Below are positions 51,418-64,000 of a stretch of DNA of 64,000 nucleotides, piece after piece; within the stretch, counting starts at the first letter, position 1, and every line of letters begins with the position of its first letter. The stretch comes from Octopus vulgaris (Eukaryota): assembly GCA_951406725.2 (NCBI GenBank), contig OX597828.1, positions 8,618,001-8,682,000 of the forward strand, in the 5' to 3' direction. Below the pieces are notes generated by a model. It had not been told where the DNA came from, did no database searches, and worked only from the letters and a program-made list of their open reading frames with translations. The translations under genes and the position numbers were made by a program.

Positions 51418-51965
51418 TTCTTCTTCTTCTTCTTCTTCTTCTTCTTCTTCTTCTTCTTCTTCTTCTTCTTCTTCTTCTTCTTCTTCTTCTTCTTCCAGTC
51501 AGGACTCACACCATTAGCCACAAAGAATAATCTCTAATTCGAGCCTACTCTAAGCTACTAAGAAAGCGTGTGGCAACTTGAAGATCCACCCAACACACGC
51601 GATAGACTGGCGGTTGCACGGGCGCGAAAGCTACATTGTTATCCTCATTCCGTAAACGGTGGCTTTTAACGGGTGGAGAGCTGAACCATCCTGGGTTACA
51701 GATGATTCACAATCTAGACTAGGGTCTGAAAGTTTATCACACCATAGTGGGTTACACCATGTTCCTCTGCTTTGTGACAGAAGTAGGGAGAAACAGTGAG
51801 AGAAGGTTGTGGTGACAGCTGGGTTCACCACCCTCCACCACCGGAGCCTTGTGGAACTTAGGTGCTTTTGCTCAATAAACACTCACAATGCCCGGTCTGA
51901 GAATCGAAATCGCGTTCTTACGACCGCGAGTTCACTGCTCTAACCACTGGGCCATTGCGCCTCCA
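51418..51965 (-). mobile_element. SINE family C head with long tail type 4 ending in (GAA)n
   Basis: C head about 51785-51965; unique tail about 51495-51780; (TTC)n 51418-51494 on the plus strand. Confidence 0.78.
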
Positions 51966-53419
51966 CTCTGTTGTTGTCGTTACAGTTATTTCTTGGCAAG
52001 TATGTTCGGTTTTCCTTGCAGCGTTGTTTGTTGTGCTGATGATGTTACTGTATTTATCCCAAAACTTTCCGATTTTAATGTGTCTATCTGGCAGGCAAAA
52101 TTATCCCCATAAGATATCACCTACCTGGCACGTTTATACTTGTCATAGATGTCATCAATGGGACTATTGACACTTTTAATTAAGAAATTTTATTTCAACC
52201 ACAATCAATGTTGGTCGTGGGGAATCTATGCATCCACTCATTACGGAAGACATTAAACAATTTTCCAGAGAAAACCGAAGAAAAAGAAAATCTCATAATA
52301 AACCTTTCTACTATTAGAACAATACCTGAAACATTGCGCAAGGGGTTGATCGATTACATGAAACCCGGTACAGGACTGCTACTTATATTATCGACCTCTA
52401 AGGATGAAGGGAAATGTTGACCTCAGCACAGTTGGACATTTTGGAGTTTAAAGAGCTAAAACAAATTCTACTTGAACGATTCTTGTCTGGGTAAAGTGTT
52501 CAAATAGTGCCATGTCTTCATATTATATTATAGACATACATACTTTCACTGATTTGTAATATACCTTTCATTTAATGGTGACAGCTGAATCCGGTATTAA
52601 AAGCACTTCGACAAGGCAACAAAACCTTGTTACATTCAAATCTGTATTACACTTTTTCCGCTAATTATTGAAACATAAAGTTGACGTTACTTATAAGAAT
52701 ATGAGATATGATAATAATTGCTTTACCCCATATAATTGAAGTATTGTCACCGCACAAACATAAAACATGTAGAATGTACGCTAGTTAATCTCAGAGATCA
52801 TATAAGCCTAAATAATTAGCTAATGTATGAAAATATCCCGTCAGTGACAGACAACTTACACGTACAGAAATTGCAGAAATTATATCGCCAAGACCCACCA
52901 CGGAACAACAGAATATGCAAAATAATGAGTATGTTGCTAGTAAATGCCAGATGGACAAAATAAGCGATACTAACGATATCATTGATAAAACAAGCACAAC
53001 CGGCGAAAATAATGGAAGAAGTATTAATAAGAAAAGGAAAATTTTCGGAGTAATTTTCTGGATGACTTCGCAAAAGTCAACGAGCAAGAAATAACAGATG
53101 TTAAAGAAGATACCTTGAAGAAAAGCATTAAAGATGTATTATCGCGCCTGTCAAATATCGACTGTCAATGCTACTTGTTAACAATTAGCTCCAAACTGCT
53201 ATAAAAATATGCGTTATGAGGAAAATGTTATGTAGAAGATCGTATAATTAATCAAAATACAAAACTACGACCACTATAATGGAAAGTATAACTTTATAAA
53301 ATACAGTAACACAGTAATTACTGAATAAATGTCATAATAGAGGAAGAATTTTTAGAGAATACGTCCATATTATGCCTACATATATAGATATATACAGGCA
53401 TGTGTATACTCTTCTACTC

Positions 53420-53647
53420 ATTTACTGATTTACTTGTTTCAGTCATTTGACTGCGGCCATGCTGGAGCACCACCTTTATTCGAAAAAATCATCCCCAGGA
53501 CTTAACTCTTTGTAAGCCTAGTACTTATTCTATCGGATTTCTTTTTTACTGAACCGCTAAGTGACGGGGACGTAAACACACCAATATCGACTGTCAAGTA
53601 ATGGTGGTGGTGGTGTGGGGGGACAAGCACAGGCACAAATAAGAAAC

Positions 53648-53736
<89 letters not shown>

Positions 53737-53902
53737 TACGACTGGTTTCTTTCAGTTTCCGTCTACCAAAGCCACTCACAAGGCTTTGTTCGGCCCGGAG
53801 CTATAGTAGAAGCCACATGCCCAAGATGCCAAGTAGTGGGACTGAACCCGGGACCATGTGGTAGGGAAGCAAGCTTCTTACCACACAGCCACTCCTGCTC
53901 CT
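53420..53902 (-). mobile_element. SINE family B, full length, with expanded internal (CA)n(TA)n
   Basis: Matches other B copies. Confidence 0.92.
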
Positions 53903-55102
53903 GTTTGTACACAGCAATTTAAAACTTTCTGGATCGTATCTCATACATTTCTAGCGTTCTTCCATTTGATTGTATACAAAATACGCATGAGAATATTATG
54001 TAGTGAAACCAAAATGAGCCTTGTTCGTTTATTTCCATCGCTTATTGGAGACTCTTCATATCTCAGCTGTTTCCTAATTGTTTAAAGGAAACTGAATATA
54101 TCTTAAGACCGGTAGGTGTAAATCATTTTGGTCTAGCAGATAGAGTATCGTGATGTCATAAGGTACAGTGACAGACACTTTCTACTCAGTTATTAGATTA
54201 CCGTTTACTTTTTCAAATCAAGGAAGTTGTCCCTACTCAGTCACTTTAACTGCTAGACATAGCAGCCAACTTCACAAGGACGACAATATTTTGTTAGAAC
54301 TAAGTTTACACTGCAATGTGTACTCTTAAACAAAACAAAGAATAAATTATTACTTTTTGTACCGTATTCATGTATACATATTGGACTTTTGCCTCTGTTT
54401 TTGGTGGAAATGTCCAATAATCTAGCAAGTCAACAAAATACTGTTTCAGAGTGTAATATATTTTGGGGTAGTTATAGGTGATTATAACCATGAAAAAGTT
54501 TTCAACTTTGGTTCTGTTTCATTAGTGAATTATTATCCTCCATTAAATATTTTAGTTTACTAAGGCTGAAAAGAAAATTTGCTACTTCTAAGATCTCAAT
54601 TCAGGCAGTGAAATGGGTTGTTTGTATTAATCGAGTGTGTCCGGAATTTTCTTAGTTTCTACATCTTCATAAAAAGCAACGACTGTGAAAAATTTCGTTA
54701 ATTTAACAAATGATGGTCAGCATAATAGCCGAATAACTTAGATGTGAATGTATTAGTTTTAAAAAACAAATCGATTTTAGTTTCAAATTTACTTTTGGTG
54801 GGACAAGCTGTTACTGAGGATGGGTACATAATTTATTTTTACAACACTTAGGTTGTCAAACATTTTGATATATGCGTGTGCAAAATCTTCGCAATAATAT
54901 TCACTATATATAATATAACACTGCAGTCATTTTGAAGCAAAGAATAGATATCAGCGTAATTATTTGCCTCCGTTAAGTAGAGAAGTATAATTCTTCCAGC
55001 AACTATACTTTACCAATACGAAATAATATAAAAACCCTGTTATCTACACAACTGATGTGATAATGCTTGATCATCCTCTCTCTCTCTGTCACTCTCCTTC
55101 TC

Positions 55103-55146
<44 letters not shown>

Positions 55147-55295
55147 TCTGTACATAGAAGGATGATTATCTCTAAGCTATATAATTTTTTAATGCTCTCA
55201 GCAAATCAAACCAGGAAATTTAGCTTCCTTTACAAAAAAATTAACTATAGCTGCTGTGAGCAAACACTAATTTTTTCTGATTATAGATTTCATTA

Positions 55296-56187
55296 CGTGG
55301 TCTGATCAATAAATATCTGAAGTGTTGCCATAGTTAGGAAGCATAGTTAGTAATGCCGCTTGGTACAGATTGACCTTGAAACCTGTTGTGCATACGCATT
55401 AAGATTTAGCGTTTTAGCTCACTTCAGCTCTTTACAACAGTCTTTGGAAGAAAGGTGTGTAGCATGTGAGTGTCTCATTGAACATGACAGAAAAAGTTGA
55501 CTTGAGAGTCTGCATAAAAGTTTGCTAAAACGGCGGTGATTCCTGCTCAGAAGCCAAGGTAAAGTTTTCAAAAAGTTTTCATCATTCTCGACACAATCAA
55601 GATCTTGTGCAACAGAAACCCGATCACGTTTTGGTCAGCTGAAAGCAATTTTGGCATAAATTTGGCAGGCACGCGTCTCATACTGAAATCTTCAGTGATA
55701 ATGGACTGAATTGAACCGTAACTAATCTGCACATCCTCTGATAACTCGCGGATGGTGATTCAACGAATTCCCCTTACAGTTGTACGCACATCTGCTTGCA
55801 ATGTTTTTCTCAGGTCTGCTGGTTGCGGGACTCCCAGAACGTTCGTCAATACCGACATCTTTTCGTCCATCTTGGAAACGTCCGAGCCACTCGTACACTT
55901 CTGTGCGGCTTATATACTTCTCTCCCTGCACTTTCTGAAACTTTGCGTTCACCTCAGGGCAGGTATCGCCATAAAAAAAACTTTCTCTGTCATGGTCAAT
56001 GCGACGATCACACGCTACACACCTTTCTTCCAAATAATGCTGTAAACAGTGAATGTGAGTTAGAATGTTAAAACTTAGTGCGCATGCACAACGGCGTTGA
56101 AGGTCAAATTTTGCCAAGGGTCTCTACTCTGCGTTCTTTAGCTTCGTTGCTATGGCAGCAATCCCGATACTTATTGATCAGATTTCG
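55296..56187 (-). mobile_element. Mariner-derived palindromic element made of two 5' ends in inverted orientation
   Basis: TA at 55294-55295 and 56188-56189; TIRs cgtggtctgatcaataaatatc and cgaaatctgatcaataagtatc; minus strand encodes a transposase N-terminus (ISRTEVYEWLGRFQDGR..DERSGSP; MRRVPAKFMPKLL). Confidence 0.9.
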
Positions 56188-56449
56188 TATATCTTAAAAA
56201 AGAAAATACTGGTCGTTTTTAATGTTCTGATAAAATATAATTCTCTTTCAATTTCTCCTGCAATGAATCTCAACTATCTCTTAAGTGAATGATTGCCGAT
56301 AAAGAAATAACAGTTAAGAATTCCAGAAATATGATATTGTCAAATATGAAGAGATCATTCACAAGTTTCGAAGCAGTTTTACTTCCAACAGCAAGGTCAA
56401 CACAATTAGAATCATCGATTCAACCTGTAAATATCACAACTAGCATTAC

Positions 56450-56617
56450 AACTAGCACCACCACCACCATCACAGCCATCACCACCATCACCACCAACAC
56501 CACCACCACCACCACCACCAACACCACCATCACCACCTTTACCACCACCACCAACACCAACACCACCAACACAACCCCATCAACGCCGCCGCCACCACCG
56601 CTGCTACTACTACTAAG

Positions 56618-56664
<47 letters not shown>

Positions 56665-56665
56665 A

Positions 56666-56697
<32 letters not shown>

Positions 56698-57017
56698 CAC
56701 TGCTGCTGCTACTGCTGCTGCTATTAATACTACTACTACTACTACTACCACCACTACTGCTGCTACTGCTGCTGCTATTACTACTACTACTACTACCACT
56801 ACTACTACTACTACTACTACCACTGCTGCTGCTACTGCTGTTGCTACTACTACTACTACTGCTACTACCACTGCTGCTACCGCTGCTGCTACTACTACTA
56901 CTACTACTACTACTACACCTCAACAACAACTACTACTACTACCACTACTGCTGCTGTTGCTGTGTAATTATGACAATGATGACAACAATAACGATAACGA
57001 TAACTAATAATAATAAA
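56450..57017. repeat. (ACC/ATC), (CTA/CTG) and (AAT) trinucleotide field
   Basis: Direct. Confidence 0.96.
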
Positions 57018-57188
57018 TGAATCGAATAATGGTGTCACCATCGGGACTGTAAATTCTCAAATCAAACTGAAAGTAAAGCAACTAGATTAGTCCTGGCGCA
57101 TGGTTTATTGACTGAAAGATGTTACGTGTTTTTGAAACCATGGGTAGGCAACTAAATGAGTGTGTAGCAAAAGGGGAAAGTACCGCTC

Positions 57189-57191
57189 TGG

Positions 57192-57229
<38 letters not shown>

Positions 57230-57465
57230 TTGATGGTGCTGGTGGTGGTGGTGATGATGATGACAATGATGTTGATGATGATGGTGGTAGTGGTGTTGAT
57301 GGTGCTGGTGGTGGTGGTGATGATGATGATGAGGATGATGGTGCTGGTGGTGGTGGTGATGATGATGACGATGATGTTGATGATGATGTTGGTGGTGGTG
57401 GTGGTGTTGCTGGTGTTGGTGGTGATGATGATGATGGTGATGATGATGGTGGTGATGATGATGAT
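57189..57465. repeat. (GAT/GGT)n trinucleotide field
   Basis: Direct. Confidence 0.96.
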
Positions 57466-58377
57466 TGCCTTGAACACTATTTAACATACCTGAAACTTTG
57501 TAGACTCGTAGTTACTGGTATTGTAATTCGGTGCCGCTTCGCCGCTGACTGAATGCATCAAGAATCGAAAGACATTCCAATTTTTCTTTTCATTTTTTGT
57601 ATAGTACAAGACAATGTGCTCTCATTCTTCTAAACCTGATACGGTGAAATTTCATGGAAATGTGGCAACAGCATATGTAGCGAGTCGAGTGATTATGCAG
57701 AATCTCCTTCATGTGCTTAATATATGCAGGGATTTCCATAATATATAAAGAAATACGAATAGAAGATATTAAAAAAAAGCATTCGTGTAACATTCTTGTT
57801 ACTGTCCTAGTATGTACGCTTCAATAAATATTATGAGTCGCAATGCAGATGCAAACCATATAATTTGTATTCATGGAATACATTTGAACGCATAAAAAAG
57901 GGGACAGTGAATGCAGTAGAGACGCATGAAGTTCAGCTAGGTGCGCCGGGAAAATGGATTGAAAAAGAAAAAAGAAAAAAAGACTATAAATAATAGAAAA
58001 AGTGCAGACTACACAAAAAGGGGGCAATTACAACATTAATAAATATAATAAAACGATGCTGAGTTTTATGGGTCGTTCTTACTAACAGATTTATTTAACT
58101 ATTATCATCTTTTTACGGGAGCAATCTAGATTCGTCCTTCTGATAGACACATGCGCAGTCCTCTTTATTATTGTCACGAAATAACGCAGTAAAATTAGGC
58201 ATAAAGACACAACTCTATAGAAATAATTATTGGAATCTGCATCGAGGATCGCCATTTAAACCGAAGGAGAAAACAGTAAAAACAAGAAACAACTGCATCA
58301 AAGCTAGTACCGATAGACAAACCTTCAGTTATTCCACAACGCTATTTCTTACAATAAATACATAAATATATATAATA

Positions 58378-58427
<50 letters not shown>

Positions 58428-58467
58428 GTTTAAATATTTGTTGTGCAATATGACCATTCCGAAATAT

Positions 58468-58541
<74 letters not shown>

Positions 58542-58580
58542 AATAATTATATATGCATATATATATATATATATGTATAA

Positions 58581-58612
<32 letters not shown>

Positions 58613-59305
58613 CGTGTGTGTGTATGTATATATATACATATATATATGACAAATATATAAAGTTCGTGGAAGACACTTGTGCCAAGCAATAATACGTCAA
58701 CAGCGTGCAGACACTAGCGTAATTCATAAAACGTAAGCAAAGGACATGTATTTAATCGCCGCACATCGGTACACGTAAGAGTATTAGCTCGACATTCTTA
58801 GTTGGAATATAGAAATCGGCAACCGTCACACACTAGAGTTTATTTCCAGCTTTCTTCGTGCCATCCACTTTCATAATTTTTTTCCACCGTTATAAAATTA
58901 ATCAACACCACTCCCCTACTACGTCCGTTTATCAGACAGCAAATAAGAACAAACAAGAACAAACTATTCAACACACACACTCGCTCGCGTACACATGCAA
59001 TTTTATCACCACGACAACCAGGGCAAAACTCGACGCGCTCGGCACCATCAACACTTTAAGCGTAAAGGAAAACAATTATTTCTATTAGAATGGCATATCA
59101 GGAGATTCTGAGCAGACAAATCTAGAACAATCTTTTTCTGCCCTCCATACCAATAACTTTACAGATTTTACACAATTTTTCTTTCGTTTGGTTTTTCTTT
59201 TTTTTTACGTTCACTCCAGATGACAAGAGGTAAAAAAGCGAATTAGTATTACCAATTGCTCTGTAATGTTAATAATAATTTTTATTCATAATTTTACAAA
59301 CAAAT

Positions 59306-59351
<46 letters not shown>

Positions 59352-59357
59352 TGTGGA

Positions 59358-59591
59358 CTTATTTCTCTACTACCTACAAGGGGCTAAACACAGAGAGGAC
59401 AAACAAGGACAGACAAACGGATTAAGTCGATTATATCGACCCCAGTGCGTAACTGGTACTTAATTTATCGACTGCGGAAGTATGAAAGGCAAAGTCGACC
59501 TAGGCGGATTTTGAACTCAGAACGTAACGGCAGTCGAAATACGGCTACGCATTTCGCCCGGCGTGCTAACGTTTCTGCCAGATCGCCGCCA
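59358..59591 (-). mobile_element. SINE family A, full length, inserted in a (TAG)n tract
   Basis: Complete head and tail; (GTA)n on both sides; agtagttgt on both flanks. Confidence 0.93.
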
Positions 59592-59635
59592 GAAGTAGTT
59601 GTTGTTACTGTTGCAGTGGCAGCAGCAGCATCAGC

Positions 59636-59702
<67 letters not shown>

Positions 59703-59896
59703 ACAGTCATAGTAGTTCAGAGACTTACTTTAAATTTACTCTAAGTAACACTGATTTTAATACTTATTATTTTTGACACTTCTAACTAGGTCTTATACAC
59801 ACGCAACAAACACACACACATTTTATTCGGCTTGACCTCCCCCAACAAATTTCAAGCTTTGTGCCTTCAGTAGAAAGGATTATTATGATCATTGCT

Positions 59897-60115
59897 AAGG
59901 CGGCGAGCTGGCAGAATCGTTAGCACACCGGGTATAATGCTTAGTGGCCCTTCGACTGTCCTCACCTTCTTAGATCAAACTCCATCGAAGTCGATTTTGC
60001 CTTTCATCCTTGCGAGGTTGATGAAATAGTACCAGTTACTCACTGAGGTCGATGTAATTGACTAGCCATCTCACCGACAATTGCAGGCCTTGTTCCTATT
60101 GTGAAAATGATTATT
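59897..60115 (+). mobile_element. SINE family A, alternative tail; an isolated tail lies upstream at about 59825-59885
   Basis: aaggcggcgagctggcagaatcgttagc head; aattgcaggccttgt tail. Confidence 0.85.
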
Positions 60116-60499
60116 ATTATTATCGTTGTTGCTGTTTTTGTTGTTGCTGCTGCTGTGGTTGTTACTACTTTTGATGGAGAAAGGTACCGGAATCCATATT
60201 GTGTACATGTAATATAGATCCATCGAACTTCTGAAAAAGTTAACAATCATCAACTGTCTAGAAACGTTATCATATACAAATGTACAGAATCAAACACACG
60301 TACACGGACGGCGCGCGTATAGAAACATGCGCATATTTATGAACAGGATCGCACACACACACTCATTTCTTTAAATATGGTCACGTGTCAAGACAGAGAC
60401 ATTCACAAAGTAAGCAGCGCTTCAACGGGACAAACATACATATACATTTGAAATATAATGTGTGTTTAAATGAGTGTAGAACGTAAAATATACATAAAC

Positions 60500-60564
60500 C
60501 ATGTATGTATTTACATATACATATACAAATATATATATACATCTAGTATATGTATATATATATT

Positions 60565-60644
<80 letters not shown>

Positions 60645-61583
60645 AATATAGGTATATATACACATACATACACACATATTTATAAACATATATATACATG
60701 CACATGTACGCACACACACACACACCCATATATATACATTTTTCTATATGCAGATATGAAAGTACATGAATATATATGTGTGTTTGTTGTGTGTGTGTGT
60801 GCGTGTGCGTGCCTGTGCGTGTGTGTGTGCGTGTGCGTGCCTGTGCGTGTGTGTGTATACCGATATAGACATTTATATATATAAATATATTATACATATA
60901 TATATATTTTTATTCATGCGCATATATGTGTATGTGTGTATAAACCCACTTATACCATGCTTGTGGGAAAAACAATCGTATTTCTCACTTTCTACTTGAA
61001 TGAAAGTGGAAAACCCAATAGCCATTAACTAAATATATATTTAACGTTCTGTCATGTTCAGTTTTTCTTCCTTTACTTGGTTTACCTCAAAGAAACCAAT
61101 CGCTTCTTTCCTGGAGAAGAAAAAAGCCAAGAAACTTTAAAATATGTTCTCCAAAGACATTTTCATTCCATCATCTAACGTTCTCTTAGCATATTTTGAT
61201 TACTTAGTATATATTTTGTTTTTATCTTTATTTTTCTTCATTTCGTGTTTGTGTCTTTTTTATTTTAACTCATTTACTTGTTCAACTGTCTCTTCTTCCA
61301 CTTTCACCCCTCTTTCACTCACTCTCTCCTTATATATATATGTATATTTTTTCTATGTATATATTATATATGTATATGTACGTATGTATATGTTTAGACA
61401 CACACATACACATATAAATATATGTGTCTATACATATACGTAGATATATGTTTCTATATATATACATAGATATATGTTTGTATGTATGTGTGTGTATATA
61501 TATATGTGTGTGTTTGTGTGTATGTATGCATAAATATATGTATATGTGTAAATATACGTATATATACATATATATATATGTGC

Positions 61584-61629
<46 letters not shown>

Positions 61630-61665
61630 CCATATATATACACATATATATACATACATAATACG

Positions 61666-61727
<62 letters not shown>

Positions 61728-62239
61728 GCAGGCATTCTCTTCTGAAATTTTCTCTTCTATTTCCGGGTAAATACTGCCTACTTTGAATAATATTCTAGTT
61801 TAGAATGCCACATTCTTATTGTAGAACGCAAATACAAATATAAAGGAAATAAATACAAAAAGGAGAAAGATTTAGGAAAGAGAAAAATCAGACATTAGAA
61901 ACGTCAAAATGAAGAAAATATTTTAAAAAATTTCAAAAAGCAGAAAAAAAGAGGACGAAAAGGAAAATTGTCCATAGGAGTTCTGGATATTCTTTATGAT
62001 TATACACGTATACAAATGACATTTTTTTATATATTGTTATTGTTAACGTTTATATTGTAATTGTTGTTGTTGTTTTGTTTTGTCTAAGGGTTTGTGTTTC
62101 ATATTGCACCCAAAAGCAATATTATTTCATAATGCTTAATATAAGTGATTTTCACTCTGGGATATGTCTAGTTGAGTCTATGGAAATTTATATCCTATGA
62201 TTTGTAATACACACACACATATATATACGTTTGTGTGTG

Positions 62240-62286
<47 letters not shown>

Positions 62287-62298
62287 GTGTGTGTGTAC

Positions 62299-62338
<40 letters not shown>

Positions 62339-62470
62339 ATGTATATATATATATGTATATATATATACATATATATATAGATACAGATATATAGGTATGT
62401 ATACCTGTACATACATATATACATATATATGTAGGTAGACAGATATACACATCTATGCTTGTGTATGAAT
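60500..62470. repeat. Cluster of (AT)/(GT)/(CA) microsatellite fields (about 60500-60940, 61330-61725, 62205-62470)
   Basis: Direct. Confidence 0.9.
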
Positions 62471-63049
62471 ATACACACACAACACAAATATGAAATCACC
62501 CATGCACACACTTATACGCGAAAGATTATTCGCGCGCGCACCCGTGAACGTGTATCATTGGTTGGACTGCACTTTATAGGTGCAAAAATGTGGCATGGCT
62601 CTTCGAATCGTTTCACCATTTTTTACACGTACTGGTTTCTGTCTAGTCACAAAAACTTCGATAAAACCGAAAAGTAGGACAGTGGGGAAAGAAAGAAAGA
62701 AAGAATGAAAGAAAGAAAGAAGGAAGGAAAGAAAGAAATGAAAGAGAAAAAGAAAGACTGAAAGAAACATGCACATCGAGAATAATCGATTTTCGTATAC
62801 AACTGGTACCTTGTTAAGCAATAAATTTGATCCTCGCTTATTCGTACTGAGTAAGAAAAATGTTTTACATCCCTGTGTTCCGTGATCGTATATTGATGGT
62901 TAACATTACTCCTCATCAACGCCTGCTTAACTAATTCTATAATCCAGTTTCTGTAAACGTGCTCTTCCTAATAGACGCGTTCAGCTTCTAGTTATCCGGT
63001 TCCTGCCTATTGTGGAGGCTATAGAAATTGATCTAGCAATCGTTTCTTC

Positions 63050-63230
63050 AAAAAGTTTAAGGTCTGAAATTTGGTGCAGGTTACTAGGTAATTACATCGA
63101 CGATAGCAATAAACTGGTACTTTTTTTTAACGACCCTGAAATGATGAAACGCAATGTCCACCTCTGCGACATTTGAATACGGCTAAATGTATTTCCCGAA
63201 ATGCTAATGATTCACTCGGCTCACAGCCTC
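63050..63230 (-). mobile_element. SINE family A, degenerate
   Basis: attacatcgac...actggtact...gaccctgaaatgatgaaa. Confidence 0.65.
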
Positions 63231-63404
<174 letters not shown>

Positions 63405-63665
63405 GGTTTCAAAGTGACACACAGCCATTGATCTAAACACAGAAAAACTATTATTTATAAATCTCTGAGAGAGAGAAAGAAAGAGAGAGAGAGTCATTCA
63501 GCAACAGTTCTTTAAAGTAAAAGCTATGGCTTTCCTGGAAAGCTCGTTGTGATTGTTCATTTGCTCCAAGAGACATCGTTACTAGCTGGCTATACGACAC
63601 ACAGTATGCGCTATTATATTTTCGGAAAGGGATTTCAGCATCCCCATCCAGCACAAAATAACATC

Positions 63666-63704
63666 TGTGGACTAGTTTCAGGGTTATTGCTCTTTATCAA
63701 CACA
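63666..63704 (-). ncRNA. Minimal type-I hammerhead ribozyme motif, U3-A8 core variant
   Basis: Minus strand: tgtg-TTGATAA-agag-caataa-ccct-GAAA-ctag-TC-caca. Confidence 0.65.
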
Positions 63705-63805
63705 ACTGTTTGGCTGCTGAATGCACAGAATAACATAATTTGTATTTTTGGATCTGTGGCTGTGTCACTTTGAAATCTATATGCTCGAACTGTGAGCAGC
63801 TATTC

Positions 63806-63844
63806 TGTGCTGATAAAGAGCAATAACTCTGAAACTAGTCCACA
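63806..63844 (+). ncRNA. Minimal type-I hammerhead ribozyme motif, C3/A8 core
   Basis: tgtg-CTGATAA-agag-caataa-ctct-GAAA-ctag-TC-caca; stems I and II pair perfectly. Confidence 0.65.
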
Positions 63845-64000
63845 AATGTCGTTTCTTGCTGGGTGGGGTTGCTGAATTCCCTATTGGAAAATATAAGGAC
63901 ACAGAGAGTGTGTCGTATAGCCAGCTAGAAACGTTGTTTCTTGGGGCTAATGAACAGTAACAATCGTCCGTTGCAGGAAAGCCACATTATGCAGGAAAGT

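Noticed and set aside
56289-57552. Poly-T/L/S/V/H/D/G ORFs and complementarity between the (ACC/ATC)n and (GGT/GAT)n fields
   Set aside because: Simple-repeat artefacts; such complementarity is expected by chance given how common these tracts are here.

Overview
AT-rich, microsatellite-saturated, non-coding eukaryotic DNA (intron or intergenic). The tRNA-derived SINE families look like octopus/coleoid SINEs; this is inferred from recognition, not from a search. No host protein-coding exon is recognisable, and almost every ORF in the supplied track is a translation of a microsatellite or SINE. The window holds about 35 SINE copies from three main families (called A, B and C here, plus a minor D) that swap heads and tails. 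It also holds fossil CR1/L2-type LINEs, R4/Dong-type LINE fragments, a Penelope-like RT fragment, two mariner derivatives (one Hsmar1-like, one palindromic), a Tc3-like fragment and mariner MITEs. The least obvious signal is a set of minimal type-I hammerhead-ribozyme motifs, typical of Penelope-like-element pLTRs. The best is a divergent inverted pair at 63.67-63.84 kb, one copy carrying a U3-A8 core variant; others lie at about 32.6, 22.3, 27.3 and 48.2 kb. Other notable items: TSD-bounded SINE multimers, a chimeric polyA-RNA+SINE insertion, and a LINE whose 3' end matches the SINE-B tail. All alignments and folds were done by eye.
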